A stretch of DNA of 64,000 nucleotides from Candidatus Omnitrophota bacterium (GCA_903856085.1 CAIOAT010000003.1:64318-128317), one strand, 5' to 3'. Shown: positions 8,490-18,464, counted from the first letter of the stretch. Notes: a model not told the origin generated them from the sequence alone. Program-made: numbers and translations.

Positions 8490-9878
8490 ATGACAAACCG
8501 TATCGAGCAAGATCCCCTTGGCAGCAAAGAGGTGCCTGAAAATGCTTATTGGGGCATTCATACTCAGCGTGCCATTGAGAATTTTCCATTGAGTGGGCTT
8601 CGTGTGTCCCCGGGATTGATCCGCGCTTTGGTCACAGTCAAGAAGGCCGCATGTCTTGTGAACCTGGAATTGGGTTATCTCGCGGAGGAAAAAGCCAAAG
8701 CTATTTCGGCAGCCTGCGATGAAATCCTTGAGGGGAAATTATCCGACCATTGGCCGCTTGATGCGCTCCAGGGGGGTGCAGGAACTTCGACGAACATGAA
8801 CGTGAACGAAGTGATCGCCCATCGCGCAATCGAAATCCTGGGCGGAAAAAAAAGCCAGTACGAGCTTGTTCATCCGATTGAAGACGTGAACCTGCATCAG
8901 TCCACAAACGATGTTTACCCGACGGCTCTCAAAATGGCGGCGATCCTGGGACTTAAAACATTGAGTGAGGCAGCCGCGCAACTGCAGGGAGCTTTTCAGC
9001 AAAAAGAAAAAGAATTCGTCGGGATCATTAAAATAGGGAGGACCGAACTCCAGGAAGCCGTTCCTTTGACGTTGGGCGCAGAATTTGCGGCGTTTGCAGA
9101 GGCGGCAGCGCGCGATCGTTGGCGTACCTTTAAGTGCGAGGAGCGTTTGCGCGTTGTGAATCTCGGTGGTACCGCCATCGGAACCGGACTCGGCGCGCCG
9201 CACCGTTATATATTCCTCCTCATCGAAAAGTTACGCGAGATTACAGGGCTTGGCCTGAGCCGGAGCGAAAATATGATCGATGCCACGGCGAATGCGGATC
9301 CGTTCGTAGAAGTCTCCGGGATCTTAAAAGCTCACGCAAGCAATTTGCTGAAGATCGCAAATGATCTGCGGCTTATGAATCTCTTGGGCGAGATCGCGTT
9401 GCCGGGGCTTCAAAGCGGTTCTTCCATCATGCCGGGCAAAGTCAATCCTGTGATTCTGGAGGCCGTGATGCAAGCGGGGCTCAAGGTGATAGCCAATGAT
9501 CTTCTCGTGACGGAAGCAGCCTCACGCGGGTCATTTCAGATATGCGAATTCATGCCGCTTTTGGCCCACGCCCTGTTGGAGTCGATCGAAATTTTGACCC
9601 ATGCGGATCAAATGTTGGCGGCACATGTTGGCGGGATCAAAGCCGATCCGGAAAAGTGCCGGAAGTATGTCGATCAATCCGAAGGGATCATGACAGCGTT
9701 TGTGCCGTATCTCGGCTATGACAAAGCGGGCGAACTCTTGAAAGCGTTCAAGGCTTCGGCGCAGGGGAATCTCCGGGGGTTTCTGGAAGACCGGCTGGGT
9801 AAGGAAATTGTAGCGAAGACGCTTTCTCCTCAGAATCTTTTAGCGTTAGGGCACAAGGACCATGGAAAAAACACCTAA
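8490..9878 (+). CDS. aspA: Aspartate ammonia-lyase-like protein (fumarase/aspartase superfamily)
   Basis: GAGTSTNMN, QSTNDVYPT, GSSIMPGKVNP signature. Confidence 0.85.
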   Translation: MTNRIEQDPLGSKEVPENAYWGIHTQRAIENFPLSGLRVSPGLIRALVTVKKAACLVNLELGYLAEEKAKAISAACDEILEGKLSDHWPLDALQGGAGTSTNMNVNEVIAHRAIEILGGKKSQYELVHPIEDVNLHQSTNDVYPTALKMAAILGLKTLSEAAAQLQGAFQQKEKEFVGIIKIGRTELQEAVPLTLGAEFAAFAEAAARDRWRTFKCEERLRVVNLGGTAIGTGLGAPHRYIFLLIEKLREITGLGLSRSENMIDATANADPFVEVSGILKAHASNLLKIANDLRLMNLLGEIALPGLQSGSSIMPGKVNPVILEAVMQAGLKVIANDLLVTEAASRGSFQICEFMPLLAHALLESIEILTHADQMLAAHVGGIKADPEKCRKYVDQSEGIMTAFVPYLGYDKAGELLKAFKASAQGNLRGFLEDRLGKEIVAKTLSPQNLLALGHKDHGKNT

Positions 9879-11118
9879 ATCACTGCGGTTGCAGATCGGG
9901 ATCTTTGGTCGCACCAATGTGGGGAAATCGAGTTTTCTCAACATGGTGGCCGGCCAGGATGTGGCGGTTACTTCACCTGTGCCCGGCACGACCACGGATG
10001 TCGTCGAAAAGACCATGGAGCTTTTGCCGATCGGACCGGTGGTTTTTCTTGATACCGGGGGTATGGACGACAGTTCCGTATTGTCAGAAAAACGAATACA
10101 GAGAACGAAAAAGATTTTTGATCGCGCGGATGTCGTGGTGCTTGTGACCGAGCCCGAACAATGGACCGGGTTTGAAGACGCGATCTGTGACGAAGCTACG
10201 GAGAAAAAAGCTCCCTTGATTGTGGTAGTCAACAAAACGGATCTGGGTGTCCCGACCGCCGGTTTTCTTCAAAAGATTCGCGGGCGTTCAGAACGTATTT
10301 TGCTTTGTTCAAGCGTGGATGTCAGCAAACGAGATGATCTCGTGAACGATCTTAAGCGGAATCTGCTCGAAGTTTGTCCGGAGGATTTCCTGAGGCCGCC
10401 TCCCTTGATCGGAGATCTTGTGCCGGCGGGCGGACTTGTGGTCCTGATCGTTCCGATCGATCTTGAAGCGCCCAAAGGTCGCTTGATCTTGCCTCAGGTC
10501 CAGACGATCCGGGAAGTTCTGGATAGTGACGCCGCGGTGCTGGTGGTCAAAGAACGGGAATACGCCGCTTTGCTTATGCGGCTGAAGAACCCGCCGGACC
10601 TTGTGGTCTGTGATTCGCAAGTGGTGCTCAAGATGGTTGCCGATACACCGCCGGCGGTCAAATGTACGACATTTTCCATTCTTTTTTCGAGGCTTAAGGG
10701 CGATCTGACCGAAATGGTCAAAGGTGTTACGGCGATCGACAGATTGAAGTCTGGGGACAAGGTTCTGATCGCGGAATCTTGCAGTCATCACGCCGTCGAA
10801 GATGACATTGGCCGTGTAAAGATTCCGCGTTGGCTCAGGCAATACGCGGGCGTGGAACTGGATATAAGGAGCTCCGCGGGTCGCGATTATCCGGAGGACC
10901 TTGAGACTTACAAGCTCATTATTCATTGCGGGTCGTGCATGCTGACGCGCCGGGAGATGCTTTTTCGTATCGGAAAGGCAAAGGCCAGGGGTGTTCCTAT
11001 CACGAATTACGGTGTCGCGATCTCGTTTGTCCAAGGAGTGCTTGATAGGACGCTTGCGCCATTTCCGATGGTGCTAGAAGCTTATCGGAGCCAGATTCAA
11101 GCAGGAGAGAGGAAATAA
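9862..11118 (+). CDS. hydF: [FeFe]-hydrogenase maturation GTPase HydF
   Basis: GRTNVGKSS, GTTTD, DTGG, NKTD; APKGRLILPQ; CSHH...HCGSC ligands. Confidence 0.96.
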   Translation: MEKTPKSLRLQIGIFGRTNVGKSSFLNMVAGQDVAVTSPVPGTTTDVVEKTMELLPIGPVVFLDTGGMDDSSVLSEKRIQRTKKIFDRADVVVLVTEPEQWTGFEDAICDEATEKKAPLIVVVNKTDLGVPTAGFLQKIRGRSERILLCSSVDVSKRDDLVNDLKRNLLEVCPEDFLRPPPLIGDLVPAGGLVVLIVPIDLEAPKGRLILPQVQTIREVLDSDAAVLVVKEREYAALLMRLKNPPDLVVCDSQVVLKMVADTPPAVKCTTFSILFSRLKGDLTEMVKGVTAIDRLKSGDKVLIAESCSHHAVEDDIGRVKIPRWLRQYAGVELDIRSSAGRDYPEDLETYKLIIHCGSCMLTRREMLFRIGKAKARGVPITNYGVAISFVQGVLDRTLAPFPMVLEAYRSQIQAGERK

Positions 11119-11121
11119 AAA

Positions 11122-12618
11122 ATGAATACTCAGTTTCAAGATGTTCATCCGTGGATCAGAGATCGAATTAAACAGGACCAGATCGATCGCTATCTCGATC
11201 ATGGCCGTGATTTTATCGATGATGCCGGGATCTGGAACAAAATCGAGACAGCGCTGGAACCCGATGCCGCAACCGTGCGTGCTCTTCTCTCGAAATCGCT
11301 TTCCGTCCAGACACTTACGCCGGAAGAACTGGCGGTGCTGATCCGCGTTCAGGATCCCGAGATGCTGCAGGAAATGGAAGTCGCCGCTTTTACGATCAAG
11401 AAAAAGGTCTATGACAACCGCATCGTCACGTTCGCGCCGCTTTACATGGGCAATTACTGTGTGAATAACTGCGCCTATTGTGGATTCAAACAGGAGAATC
11501 TCAAGGCGAAGCGCCGTGTCCTTTCGATGGATGAGATTCGTAAAGAGACTGAAAGTTTGACCGGGAAGATCGGTCACAAGCGTATTATCGCGGTCTACGG
11601 CGAGCATCCGCTGACGGGGATCGATTATATCCTGGAGAGCATGAAAACGATCTACGATGTGAAGACGCCGACCAAACACGGCTACGGTAATATCCGCCGT
11701 ATCAATGTGAATGCCGCGCCGATGTCGATCGAGGAGCTTACGCGTCTTCGGGATGGCGGGCTCGGAACCTATCAGGTGTTCCAGGAAACGTATCACCACG
11801 AGACTTACGCGAAGCTTCATCCGAAGGGCACGCTTAAATCCGATTACCGGTGGCGGCTCTATGCCATGCATCGCGCGATGGAGGCAGGGATCGATGACGT
11901 GGGGATCGGCGTGCTGTTCGGACTCTATGATTGGCGTTTTGAGGTGATGGCGCTTCTTTATCACGCCCTCCACCTCGAGGCAAAGATGGGGATCGGCCCG
12001 CACACGGTTTCGTTCCCGCGCATGGAACCCGCTCTCAATTCCGAATATGCCGAACATTCGCCCTACAAAGTTTCCGACGAAGATTTCAAGAAGATCATTC
12101 TGCTGATCCGTCTCGCCATTCCTTACACCGGCATGATCATCACAGCACGCGAGACGGCCCCGATGCGCCGCGCTGCGATCGGTCTCGGTATCACGCAGAC
12201 CGATGCTTCCACAAAGATTGGGATCGGAAGTTACAGCGAAGAGGGAAAGGGCCAGGAATCCGAACGGCAACAGTTCATGCTTGGCGATACGCGGAGCCTC
12301 GACGAGTTGGTCAAGGATTTCGCGGAAATGGGACACATTACTTCGTTTTGCACAGCCGGATATCGATGTGGCCGGACTGGAAAATGCATCATGGATCTGC
12401 TTCGTAGCGGTCAGGAAGGAAAATTCTGCAAACTGAACGCCGTGCTGACTTTTCAGGAATGGTTGGATGATTTCGCGACCCCGGCAACCCGCGAAGCCGG
12501 ACTCCGGGTTCTCGAGCGTGAGCTCGAAGAGATCCGTACCCGGAATCCTCAAGGGTTCCCGGTTTTTTATCAATTCCTTGAACGTGTTCGTAAAGGGGAG
12601 AGGGATCTCTTTCTGTAA
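11122..12618 (+). CDS. hydG: [FeFe]-hydrogenase maturation radical SAM enzyme HydG
   Basis: CVNNCAYC; FQETYH; GPHTVSFPR; auxiliary cluster motif CX5CX19C. Confidence 0.95.
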   Translation: MNTQFQDVHPWIRDRIKQDQIDRYLDHGRDFIDDAGIWNKIETALEPDAATVRALLSKSLSVQTLTPEELAVLIRVQDPEMLQEMEVAAFTIKKKVYDNRIVTFAPLYMGNYCVNNCAYCGFKQENLKAKRRVLSMDEIRKETESLTGKIGHKRIIAVYGEHPLTGIDYILESMKTIYDVKTPTKHGYGNIRRINVNAAPMSIEELTRLRDGGLGTYQVFQETYHHETYAKLHPKGTLKSDYRWRLYAMHRAMEAGIDDVGIGVLFGLYDWRFEVMALLYHALHLEAKMGIGPHTVSFPRMEPALNSEYAEHSPYKVSDEDFKKIILLIRLAIPYTGMIITARETAPMRRAAIGLGITQTDASTKIGIGSYSEEGKGQESERQQFMLGDTRSLDELVKDFAEMGHITSFCTAGYRCGRTGKCIMDLLRSGQEGKFCKLNAVLTFQEWLDDFATPATREAGLRVLERELEEIRTRNPQGFPVFYQFLERVRKGERDLFL

Positions 12619-12649
12619 ACGAATAAGGCGCACGGAGTATGGATAAAAA

Positions 12650-13711
12650 ATGCAAGATCTGACACGGGAAGAGATGCTGGCGTGGTTTAGCGAAAAAGAT
12701 CCTCAGAAGCTCGAGGGGCTTTTCCGGGAGGCGCGTGCGTGCGCCATCCGGCATGTGGGCTCCAAAGTTTATTTTCGTGGCATTATTGAGTTCAGCAATC
12801 TCTGTGCGAAAGATTGTTACTATTGTGGTATTCGCAAGAGCAACCCGAATGTTCCCCGTTTCACCATGAGTGAACATGAGATCCTGGAATGTGCGATGGC
12901 AGCTCAAGAAATGGACTATGGATCCATCGTTCTACAGTCCGGCGAGCGCCAGGATGAGGTCTTTGTCCGTTTCATTGAGGGTGTGCTCCGGAAGATCAAA
13001 AACGCAACTTCCGGAAAACTGGGAATCACGCTTTCCTTGGGGGAGCAAACCGCGGAAACTTATGCGCGATGGTTTGGGGCGGGTGCGCACCGGTATCTTC
13101 TCCGGATCGAGACAAGTGATCCTGTTCTCTACAAGAGACTTCACCCTCCAGATCATTCCTTCGAAACGCGTCGCGAATGTCTCAGAACGCTCCGCCGTAT
13201 AGGCTATCAGGTTGGGACCGGTGTTATGATCGGTCTTCCTTTCCAGACGCACGAAAATCTGGTCGAAGATATTCTGTTCTTCAAGAACGAAGAGATTGAT
13301 ATGATTGGCATGGGGCCGTATGTTCCTCATGGAGAGACACCTCTGGTGCAAGAAGTTGATACCGGGGAAAATTTCAGACTTGGGCTCGTGATGATCGCTC
13401 TTTCAAGACTCACCCTGAAAAACGTGAATATTGCGGCCGCGACCGCGCTCCAAACGCTGGATCCCTCCGGAAGAGAAAAAGGGGTTCAGGCCGGTGCTAA
13501 TATCATCATGCCGAACATTACGCCTACGGACTATCGCAAGTTCTACCAGCTTTACGACAACAAGCCTTGTCTCGATGAAAACGCTCGCCAGTGCAAGAGC
13601 TGTCTTGAGAAGCGTATCCGAGCGGCAGGGGCTGAGATCGGCTATGGCGAATGGGGTGATTCCGTGCATTTTTTGAAAAAGCAGAAATCCTTAAAAGAAA
13701 GCAAGTCGTAG
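12650..13711 (+). CDS. hydE: [FeFe]-hydrogenase maturation radical SAM enzyme HydE
   Basis: RGIIEFSN.CAKDCYYC, HRYLLRIET, GANIIMPN, YQLYDNKPC and C-terminal Cys. Confidence 0.94.
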   Translation: MQDLTREEMLAWFSEKDPQKLEGLFREARACAIRHVGSKVYFRGIIEFSNLCAKDCYYCGIRKSNPNVPRFTMSEHEILECAMAAQEMDYGSIVLQSGERQDEVFVRFIEGVLRKIKNATSGKLGITLSLGEQTAETYARWFGAGAHRYLLRIETSDPVLYKRLHPPDHSFETRRECLRTLRRIGYQVGTGVMIGLPFQTHENLVEDILFFKNEEIDMIGMGPYVPHGETPLVQEVDTGENFRLGLVMIALSRLTLKNVNIAAATALQTLDPSGREKGVQAGANIIMPNITPTDYRKFYQLYDNKPCLDENARQCKSCLEKRIRAAGAEIGYGEWGDSVHFLKKQKSLKESKS

Positions 13712-13796
13712 GTGGTATGTAGTAGGTTGTGTTGCCATCTATGATTTTTGAGGTGTATTCTACGCTTGATATCTTCAAAAAATATGATAGAACATA

Positions 13797-13971
13797 GTGC
13801 CGTCGGATCGGCAAAGGCCTGTTTTAAGAACCCGCCCAGTCCCAATATCAACGATCGAAGGGAAGCTGAGCGTGTGGTCGTCTGAACCGTCATGGGTGAA
13901 GTGAAAAGTTTGGGCGGAAATAGGGCAGCTCGGGATTCCTATTGAGCAATGGAAGATGAAAGCCGCGACAC
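13797..13971 (+). ncRNA. Candidate structured non-coding RNA (~175 nt; unidentified, possibly 6S-like)
   Basis: Nested helices 13797-13806/13963-13971, 13818-13824/13918-13924, 13832-13838/13911-13917, hairpin 13928-13947; upstream TTGATA-16-TAGAAC. Confidence 0.4.
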
Positions 13972-13993
13972 GTGCAATCTAACGAGGTGGACC

Positions 13994-14377
13994 ATGGATA
14001 AAAAAGAATTCTACGCGAAGTCGGAAAAGATTATTAATGAAACTTTTGAGGCTGTCAAAAAGTACGCCAAGGTTGTGGCGGAAAAGACGGGAGAGGCGGC
14101 CCATGTCACGAGGCTTTTGATCCAGAAAGCGACCCTAGAGCATCAGATGACCAAGGCGTTCTCCCAACTGGGCAGCCAGGTCTATCAAACGACAGAGAGA
14201 CAGGGAGAGAAGCTTGATCTTGAGGCTCCCGAGATACAGAAGGTGCTCGGAGAGATCAAAAAACTAGACACCGAACTCGGTCAGGTCGAAGCGGTGCTTG
14301 AAAAGGAACGTAAGGTCAAGGCCGTCAAAGAAGCTAAGTTGAAATCTGTCCGAAAGCGAACAGGCAAGTCCTCATAA
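13994..14377 (+). CDS. Hypothetical coiled-coil protein
   Basis: GAGGTG RBS, helical charged composition, basic tail. Confidence 0.7.
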   Translation: MDKKEFYAKSEKIINETFEAVKKYAKVVAEKTGEAAHVTRLLIQKATLEHQMTKAFSQLGSQVYQTTERQGEKLDLEAPEIQKVLGEIKKLDTELGQVEAVLEKERKVKAVKEAKLKSVRKRTGKSS

Positions 14378-14407
14378 AGATCGCAAGTCATTGAAATTAT
14401 AATTCAT

Positions 14408-14489
14408 GCGAGCGTGGTGAAACTGGCAGACACATCAGCTTGAGGGGCTGACGCCGCAAGGCATGGAGGTTCAAGTCCTCTCGCTCGCA
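14408..14489 (+). tRNA. tRNA-Leu(GAG)
   Basis: Acceptor GCGAGCG/CGCTCGC, anticodon arm TCAGC-TTGAGGG-GCTGA, long variable arm, GGTTCAAGTCC T-arm; CCA not encoded. Confidence 0.95.
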
Positions 14490-14595
14490 TTTGTTTTTTG
14501 TCAAACAAGTACGTCCTCGTGACGGTTCAGGGAAGGCCGTCTGCGATGAACGCATTGTTTTTACAACCTTGTTACCTCAGAGGAATCCACAGGAT

Positions 14596-15963
14596 ATGAT
14601 CCCATCCCATATTTTTAGAGAATACGATATTCGAGGCATTGCGGGAAAAGAACTTACGGAAGAGGTTGCTCTCGCAATCGGGAAGGCGTTCGGCTCAGTT
14701 CTGATCCGTGAAGGCAAGAAAAATATTGCCGTCGCGCATGATCACCGATGGAGCTGGGAATTCCTTTTTCGCGGACTGTCAAACGGGCTTCAGAGCTGCG
14801 GACTTACGGTGATTGATATCGGATTGGCCCCGACTCCGGTTCTCTATTTTTATGTGACGAACAATAAACTCGATGCTGGGATCTCGCTGACGGGTTCTCA
14901 CAATCCTCCGGATGAAAACGGTTTCAAATTCCAGCATGCCAGCCGCTCCTTCTACGGGAAGGAAATTCAGAATCTCAAGCTGGTCATCGACAAAAATGAT
15001 TTTGTGACCGGTCAGGGCAAGGTCGAGCAGCCGGACCACGCGGGAGTCCTCAAGTCCTACGAGGATTTTATAGCGAGCGGATTCAAATTCACAAAAAAAC
15101 TGAAGGTCGTTTTGGATACGGGGCATGGCATGGGCGGCCTTACGGCACCGACGCTTATTCGTCGGTTCGGGCACGATGTGACTGTTCTTTTTGAGAATCT
15201 CGATCCTAAAATGCCGGACCATCAAGCCGATCCGTCGGTACCTGATAATCTAAAAGATCTTCAACGGAAAGTTGTTGAGATAAAAGCGGATATTGGCATT
15301 GCTTTTGACGGAGATGCCGACCGTATCGGCGTGGTCGATGAAAAAGGGCATATCCTTTTTGGCGACAAACTTCTTCTTCTTTATGCGCGCGAGATCCTTA
15401 CCCGCAAGCCGGGCGCGGTGATCATCGGGGACGTAAAAAGTTCCAAGCAAATCTACGACGATATTGCCAAACGTGGCGGAAAACCTCTGATGTGGAAGAC
15501 CGGACATTCCCTTATCAAGGCGAAGATGAAAGAAACCGGCGCTGAGATGGCGGGGGAGATGAGCGGACACATGTTCTTTAAAGACCGTTGGCTCGGATTT
15601 GATGACGCGGTTTACGCGGCGTGCAGGATCCTTGAGATCGCGGACAAGGCGAATGCGCCGTTTTCAACGCTCCTTGCCGATGTGCCGCAATTGGTGAATA
15701 CGCCTGAAATCCGTTTTGAACTTCCCGAAGAGATTAAATTCAAGGTGATTGCTCAGGTTGTGGCGAACCTCAAAAAGAAATATGAGGTTATTGATATCGA
15801 TGGCGCCCGTGTCCAATTTCCGGACGGGTGGGGGTTGGTGCGTGCCTCGAATACCCAGCCTGTGCTCGTGATGCGCTTTGAAGCCGAGACTCAAAAGCGT
15901 CTTGATGAGATCCGGGCGATCGTCGAGAATGAGCTCAAGACCGTGATGCGCGGGATGAGCTGA
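14596..15963 (+). CDS. Phosphomannomutase/phosphoglucomutase
   Basis: IFREYDIRG, TGSHNP, FDGDADR, GEMSGH, RASNTQP. Confidence 0.93.
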   Translation: MIPSHIFREYDIRGIAGKELTEEVALAIGKAFGSVLIREGKKNIAVAHDHRWSWEFLFRGLSNGLQSCGLTVIDIGLAPTPVLYFYVTNNKLDAGISLTGSHNPPDENGFKFQHASRSFYGKEIQNLKLVIDKNDFVTGQGKVEQPDHAGVLKSYEDFIASGFKFTKKLKVVLDTGHGMGGLTAPTLIRRFGHDVTVLFENLDPKMPDHQADPSVPDNLKDLQRKVVEIKADIGIAFDGDADRIGVVDEKGHILFGDKLLLLYAREILTRKPGAVIIGDVKSSKQIYDDIAKRGGKPLMWKTGHSLIKAKMKETGAEMAGEMSGHMFFKDRWLGFDDAVYAACRILEIADKANAPFSTLLADVPQLVNTPEIRFELPEEIKFKVIAQVVANLKKKYEVIDIDGARVQFPDGWGLVRASNTQPVLVMRFEAETQKRLDEIRAIVENELKTVMRGMS

Positions 15964-17027
15964 TGAACTGGGCGGTCATCATGGCCGGCGGGAGCGGTAC
16001 ACGCTTCTGGCCGGAAAGCCGTAAGCATCGCGCTAAACAATTTCTAAACCTCTTTGGCCGCAAGACGCTTCTTGAGCAGTCCTTCAACCGCATCAAAAAA
16101 GTAATACCCTCGTCGCGCATTCTAGTTTTTACCGCTTTGGATAAAGCCGCTTCGACGGCGAAACAGCTCCACATCCCGCGTTCGCAAGTGATCGGGGAGC
16201 CGGTCGGACGCAATACGGCGCCCTGCGCAGCGTGGGCCGCATCCTTGATCTTGCGAAAGGATCCTTCGGCGGTCATGGGTATTTTCCCAGCCGATCATTT
16301 CATTAAAGATGAAACTACTTTCGCAAAAGTCCTTCGTGTTGCTTATGAACAAGCGGATCAAGAAGGGATGCCCGTGACGCTGGGGATCAAACCCGATCAA
16401 CCCCACACGGGATATGGCTATCTCGAAATGGCATCAAAGAACGTGACGGTTCGCGGCACGCCGGTTTTTTTTCTTAAATGCTTTCACGAGAAGCCCCAAC
16501 TTGCGCGGGCTCAGGCCTATTTCCGTTCACGGAAATTTCTCTGGAATGCCGGGATCTTCATTTGGCGTGCGGATTGTCTTCTAGAAACTACGCGCCGTGA
16601 GCTTCCCGCTGTTTTTAAAACGGTCGTGAAAATCGCGGCTGGAGGGATCTCTGCGGCGGTTGTTAAAAAACTTTTCTCAAAAGTTCCCAGCATTTCGATC
16701 GATTATGGGTTGATGGAAAAGCTTGCCGGCGGAATTTTGACGATTCCTGTCGCGATGGGTTGGAGCGATGTCGGGAGTTGGTCGACGCTCAAGGATGTTC
16801 TTCCTATCGACGAGAACAAAAATCTTTCCATCGGTAACAATCTATTGGTGGAAAGTTCCGGTAATGTTGTAAAAGGCTCGGGCCGTTTGATCGCGACGGT
16901 GGGGCTCAGGGATCACGTGGTGGTCGACACGGGAGACGCGGTGTTGGTTTGTCCCATAAGTGAAACCGAATCCATCCGCAAGATCGTTAACGAACTTAAA
17001 ATAAAAAATATGCACCGTTTTCTCTAA
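15963..17027 (+). CDS. manC: Mannose-1-phosphate guanylyltransferase
   Basis: MAGGSGTRFWP.SR...KQF, EPVGRNTAP, WNAGIF, SIDYGLME, WSDVGSW. Confidence 0.92.
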   Translation: MNWAVIMAGGSGTRFWPESRKHRAKQFLNLFGRKTLLEQSFNRIKKVIPSSRILVFTALDKAASTAKQLHIPRSQVIGEPVGRNTAPCAAWAASLILRKDPSAVMGIFPADHFIKDETTFAKVLRVAYEQADQEGMPVTLGIKPDQPHTGYGYLEMASKNVTVRGTPVFFLKCFHEKPQLARAQAYFRSRKFLWNAGIFIWRADCLLETTRRELPAVFKTVVKIAAGGISAAVVKKLFSKVPSISIDYGLMEKLAGGILTIPVAMGWSDVGSWSTLKDVLPIDENKNLSIGNNLLVESSGNVVKGSGRLIATVGLRDHVVVDTGDAVLVCPISETESIRKIVNELKIKNMHRFL

Positions 17028-17042
17028 CATAGGAGATTTATC

Positions 17043-17279
17043 ATGAAAGCATCGATCAAGTTCTCGGCTCTGCTCCTTTCAACGTTAGTACTTTCGGGTT
17101 GTGCGGCTTGTCCGTGTAAACAAAATGCGGCGGAAACTGCAACATCCAACACTGTTAGTGCTACCAAAACGGTTGCGGCAGCAGTGGCGCCCAAGGTTAT
17201 GCAAGAACCCGTTGCCGTTGTTCCGGTGACCCCCACAACACCCGTGGCGAAAAAGATTCCTGCAGCGGTGATGAAATAA
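17043..17279 (+). CDS. Small putative lipoprotein
   Basis: AGGAG RBS; signal peptide with lipobox LSGC; Ala/Thr/Pro-rich tail. Confidence 0.7.
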   Translation: MKASIKFSALLLSTLVLSGCAACPCKQNAAETATSNTVSATKTVAAAVAPKVMQEPVAVVPVTPTTPVAKKIPAAVMK

Positions 17280-17317
17280 ACAATCTGATAGCACGGGGAT
17301 CGAAAAGGAGATTTCTT

Positions 17318-17611
17318 ATGAAATTTTCGAAGAATATTATTTTCGCGGCGGTGTTTTTAGCTTTTTCAGGCTGCGTGGCGAGTCATTACATAAATGATAA
17401 GGGCTGCGATTGCACGCGCCGGTATTTCACGCCTTTCGGTATTTCGGTGAAAAGTTGCTCCAAGACGCCCTCGACGGATGCCCAACCGGCCAAAGCCAAG
17501 GGAGAAGAGCTTAAAGTGGCGCCTCTTGCGCCTTCTCCTTCTCTCAGGCAGACCACACCGGCTAAAACAATCGAACAGAATATCAAAGCAACCACTCAGG
17601 CGCTCCGGTAA
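17318..17611 (+). CDS. Small putative lipoprotein
   Basis: AGGAG RBS; lipobox FSGC; Cys-containing core and Pro/Thr-rich tail. Confidence 0.65.
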   Translation: MKFSKNIIFAAVFLAFSGCVASHYINDKGCDCTRRYFTPFGISVKSCSKTPSTDAQPAKAKGEELKVAPLAPSPSLRQTTPAKTIEQNIKATTQALR

Positions 17612-17633
17612 AGAGCGTCTCTCAGGCCCCACT

Positions 17634-18464
17634 ATGACCTTATGGCAAGCACTGGTGTTAGGAATTGTTCAGGGACTTACGGAGTTCCTTCCGGTATCGA
17701 GTTCCGGGCACCTGGTTCTTTTTCAAACGCTTTTTCATATGAAAGAGCCGATGCTTGCCTTCGATGTGGCGCTTCATGCCGGGACACTTGTTGCAGTCCT
17801 GATTTATTTTAGAAAAGAAATCGCTGAGATTCTGGTCGGTTTCTGGGATTTCATGAAGCGGTGCTTTTTCCCCTGCAAATGTTCGCAAGAAGTTGCGAGC
17901 GGGTCTGGAAGCCTTTGGTTCATGATATGTCTGACATTAATCCCCACGGGCGTGATCGCGGTTTTGTTCAAAGACTATTTCGAAAGCTCTTTTTCGGATC
18001 TCGTCTCGGTCGGATGGCAATGGATCGTGATGGGGATCTTCCTTCTCTTGAGCGTGAAGATTCCTGAGGGCACGCGAAAACTCGAGAAGATCGGATGGTG
18101 GCGTTCCCTTGGGATAGGCCTGGCACAGGGGATTGCTCTTATCCCTGCGATCTCACGCTCCGGGAGCACGATCCTTGCAGGCATGGCTTTCGGGATCAAA
18201 CGGGAAGATGCCGCGCGGTTTTCTTTTCTCATCTCCATTCCGGCGATCCTTGGAGCGGTTCTTCTTGAGGTCAAAGAAGGAGGCGTTTATTTTACGTCCC
18301 ATCTGAACGAAGTGCTGATCGGGTTCTTGGCTGCTGCGATCTCAGGGTATGGGGTCATCAAATGGCTGATGGGAGTCATTCAAAAGGGCCGCTTTTCGAT
18401 GTTCGGCTATTATTGCCTCTTCGCCGGGCTCGTGAGCTTTGCGGTCGTGCATTTTTTCCGATGA
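17634..18464 (+). CDS. uppP: Undecaprenyl-diphosphate phosphatase
   Basis: GIVQGLTEFLPVSSSGH and P.ISRSGST motifs. Confidence 0.93.
   Translation: MTLWQALVLGIVQGLTEFLPVSSSGHLVLFQTLFHMKEPMLAFDVALHAGTLVAVLIYFRKEIAEILVGFWDFMKRCFFPCKCSQEVASGSGSLWFMICLTLIPTGVIAVLFKDYFESSFSDLVSVGWQWIVMGIFLLLSVKIPEGTRKLEKIGWWRSLGIGLAQGIALIPAISRSGSTILAGMAFGIKREDAARFSFLISIPAILGAVLLEVKEGGVYFTSHLNEVLIGFLAAAISGYGVIKWLMGVIQKGRFSMFGYYCLFAGLVSFAVVHFFR

Noticed and set aside
12349-12430. HydG auxiliary-cluster motif CX5CX19C instead of CX2CX22C
   Set aside because: This is an already described natural HydG variant.
11074-12633. 519-aa antisense ORF, and similar long antisense ORFs opposite hndC, hydA2, rlmI, rpsA, HD-GYP and ubiD
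   Set aside because: They shadow well-supported genes in register, have no recognisable motifs, and are expected from codon bias at this GC content.
14408-14595. tRNA-Leu as a possible integration site, plus the long hairpin at ~14503-14561
   Set aside because: No integrase and no duplicated tRNA 3' end in the window; the hairpin is adequately explained as a processing or termination structure.
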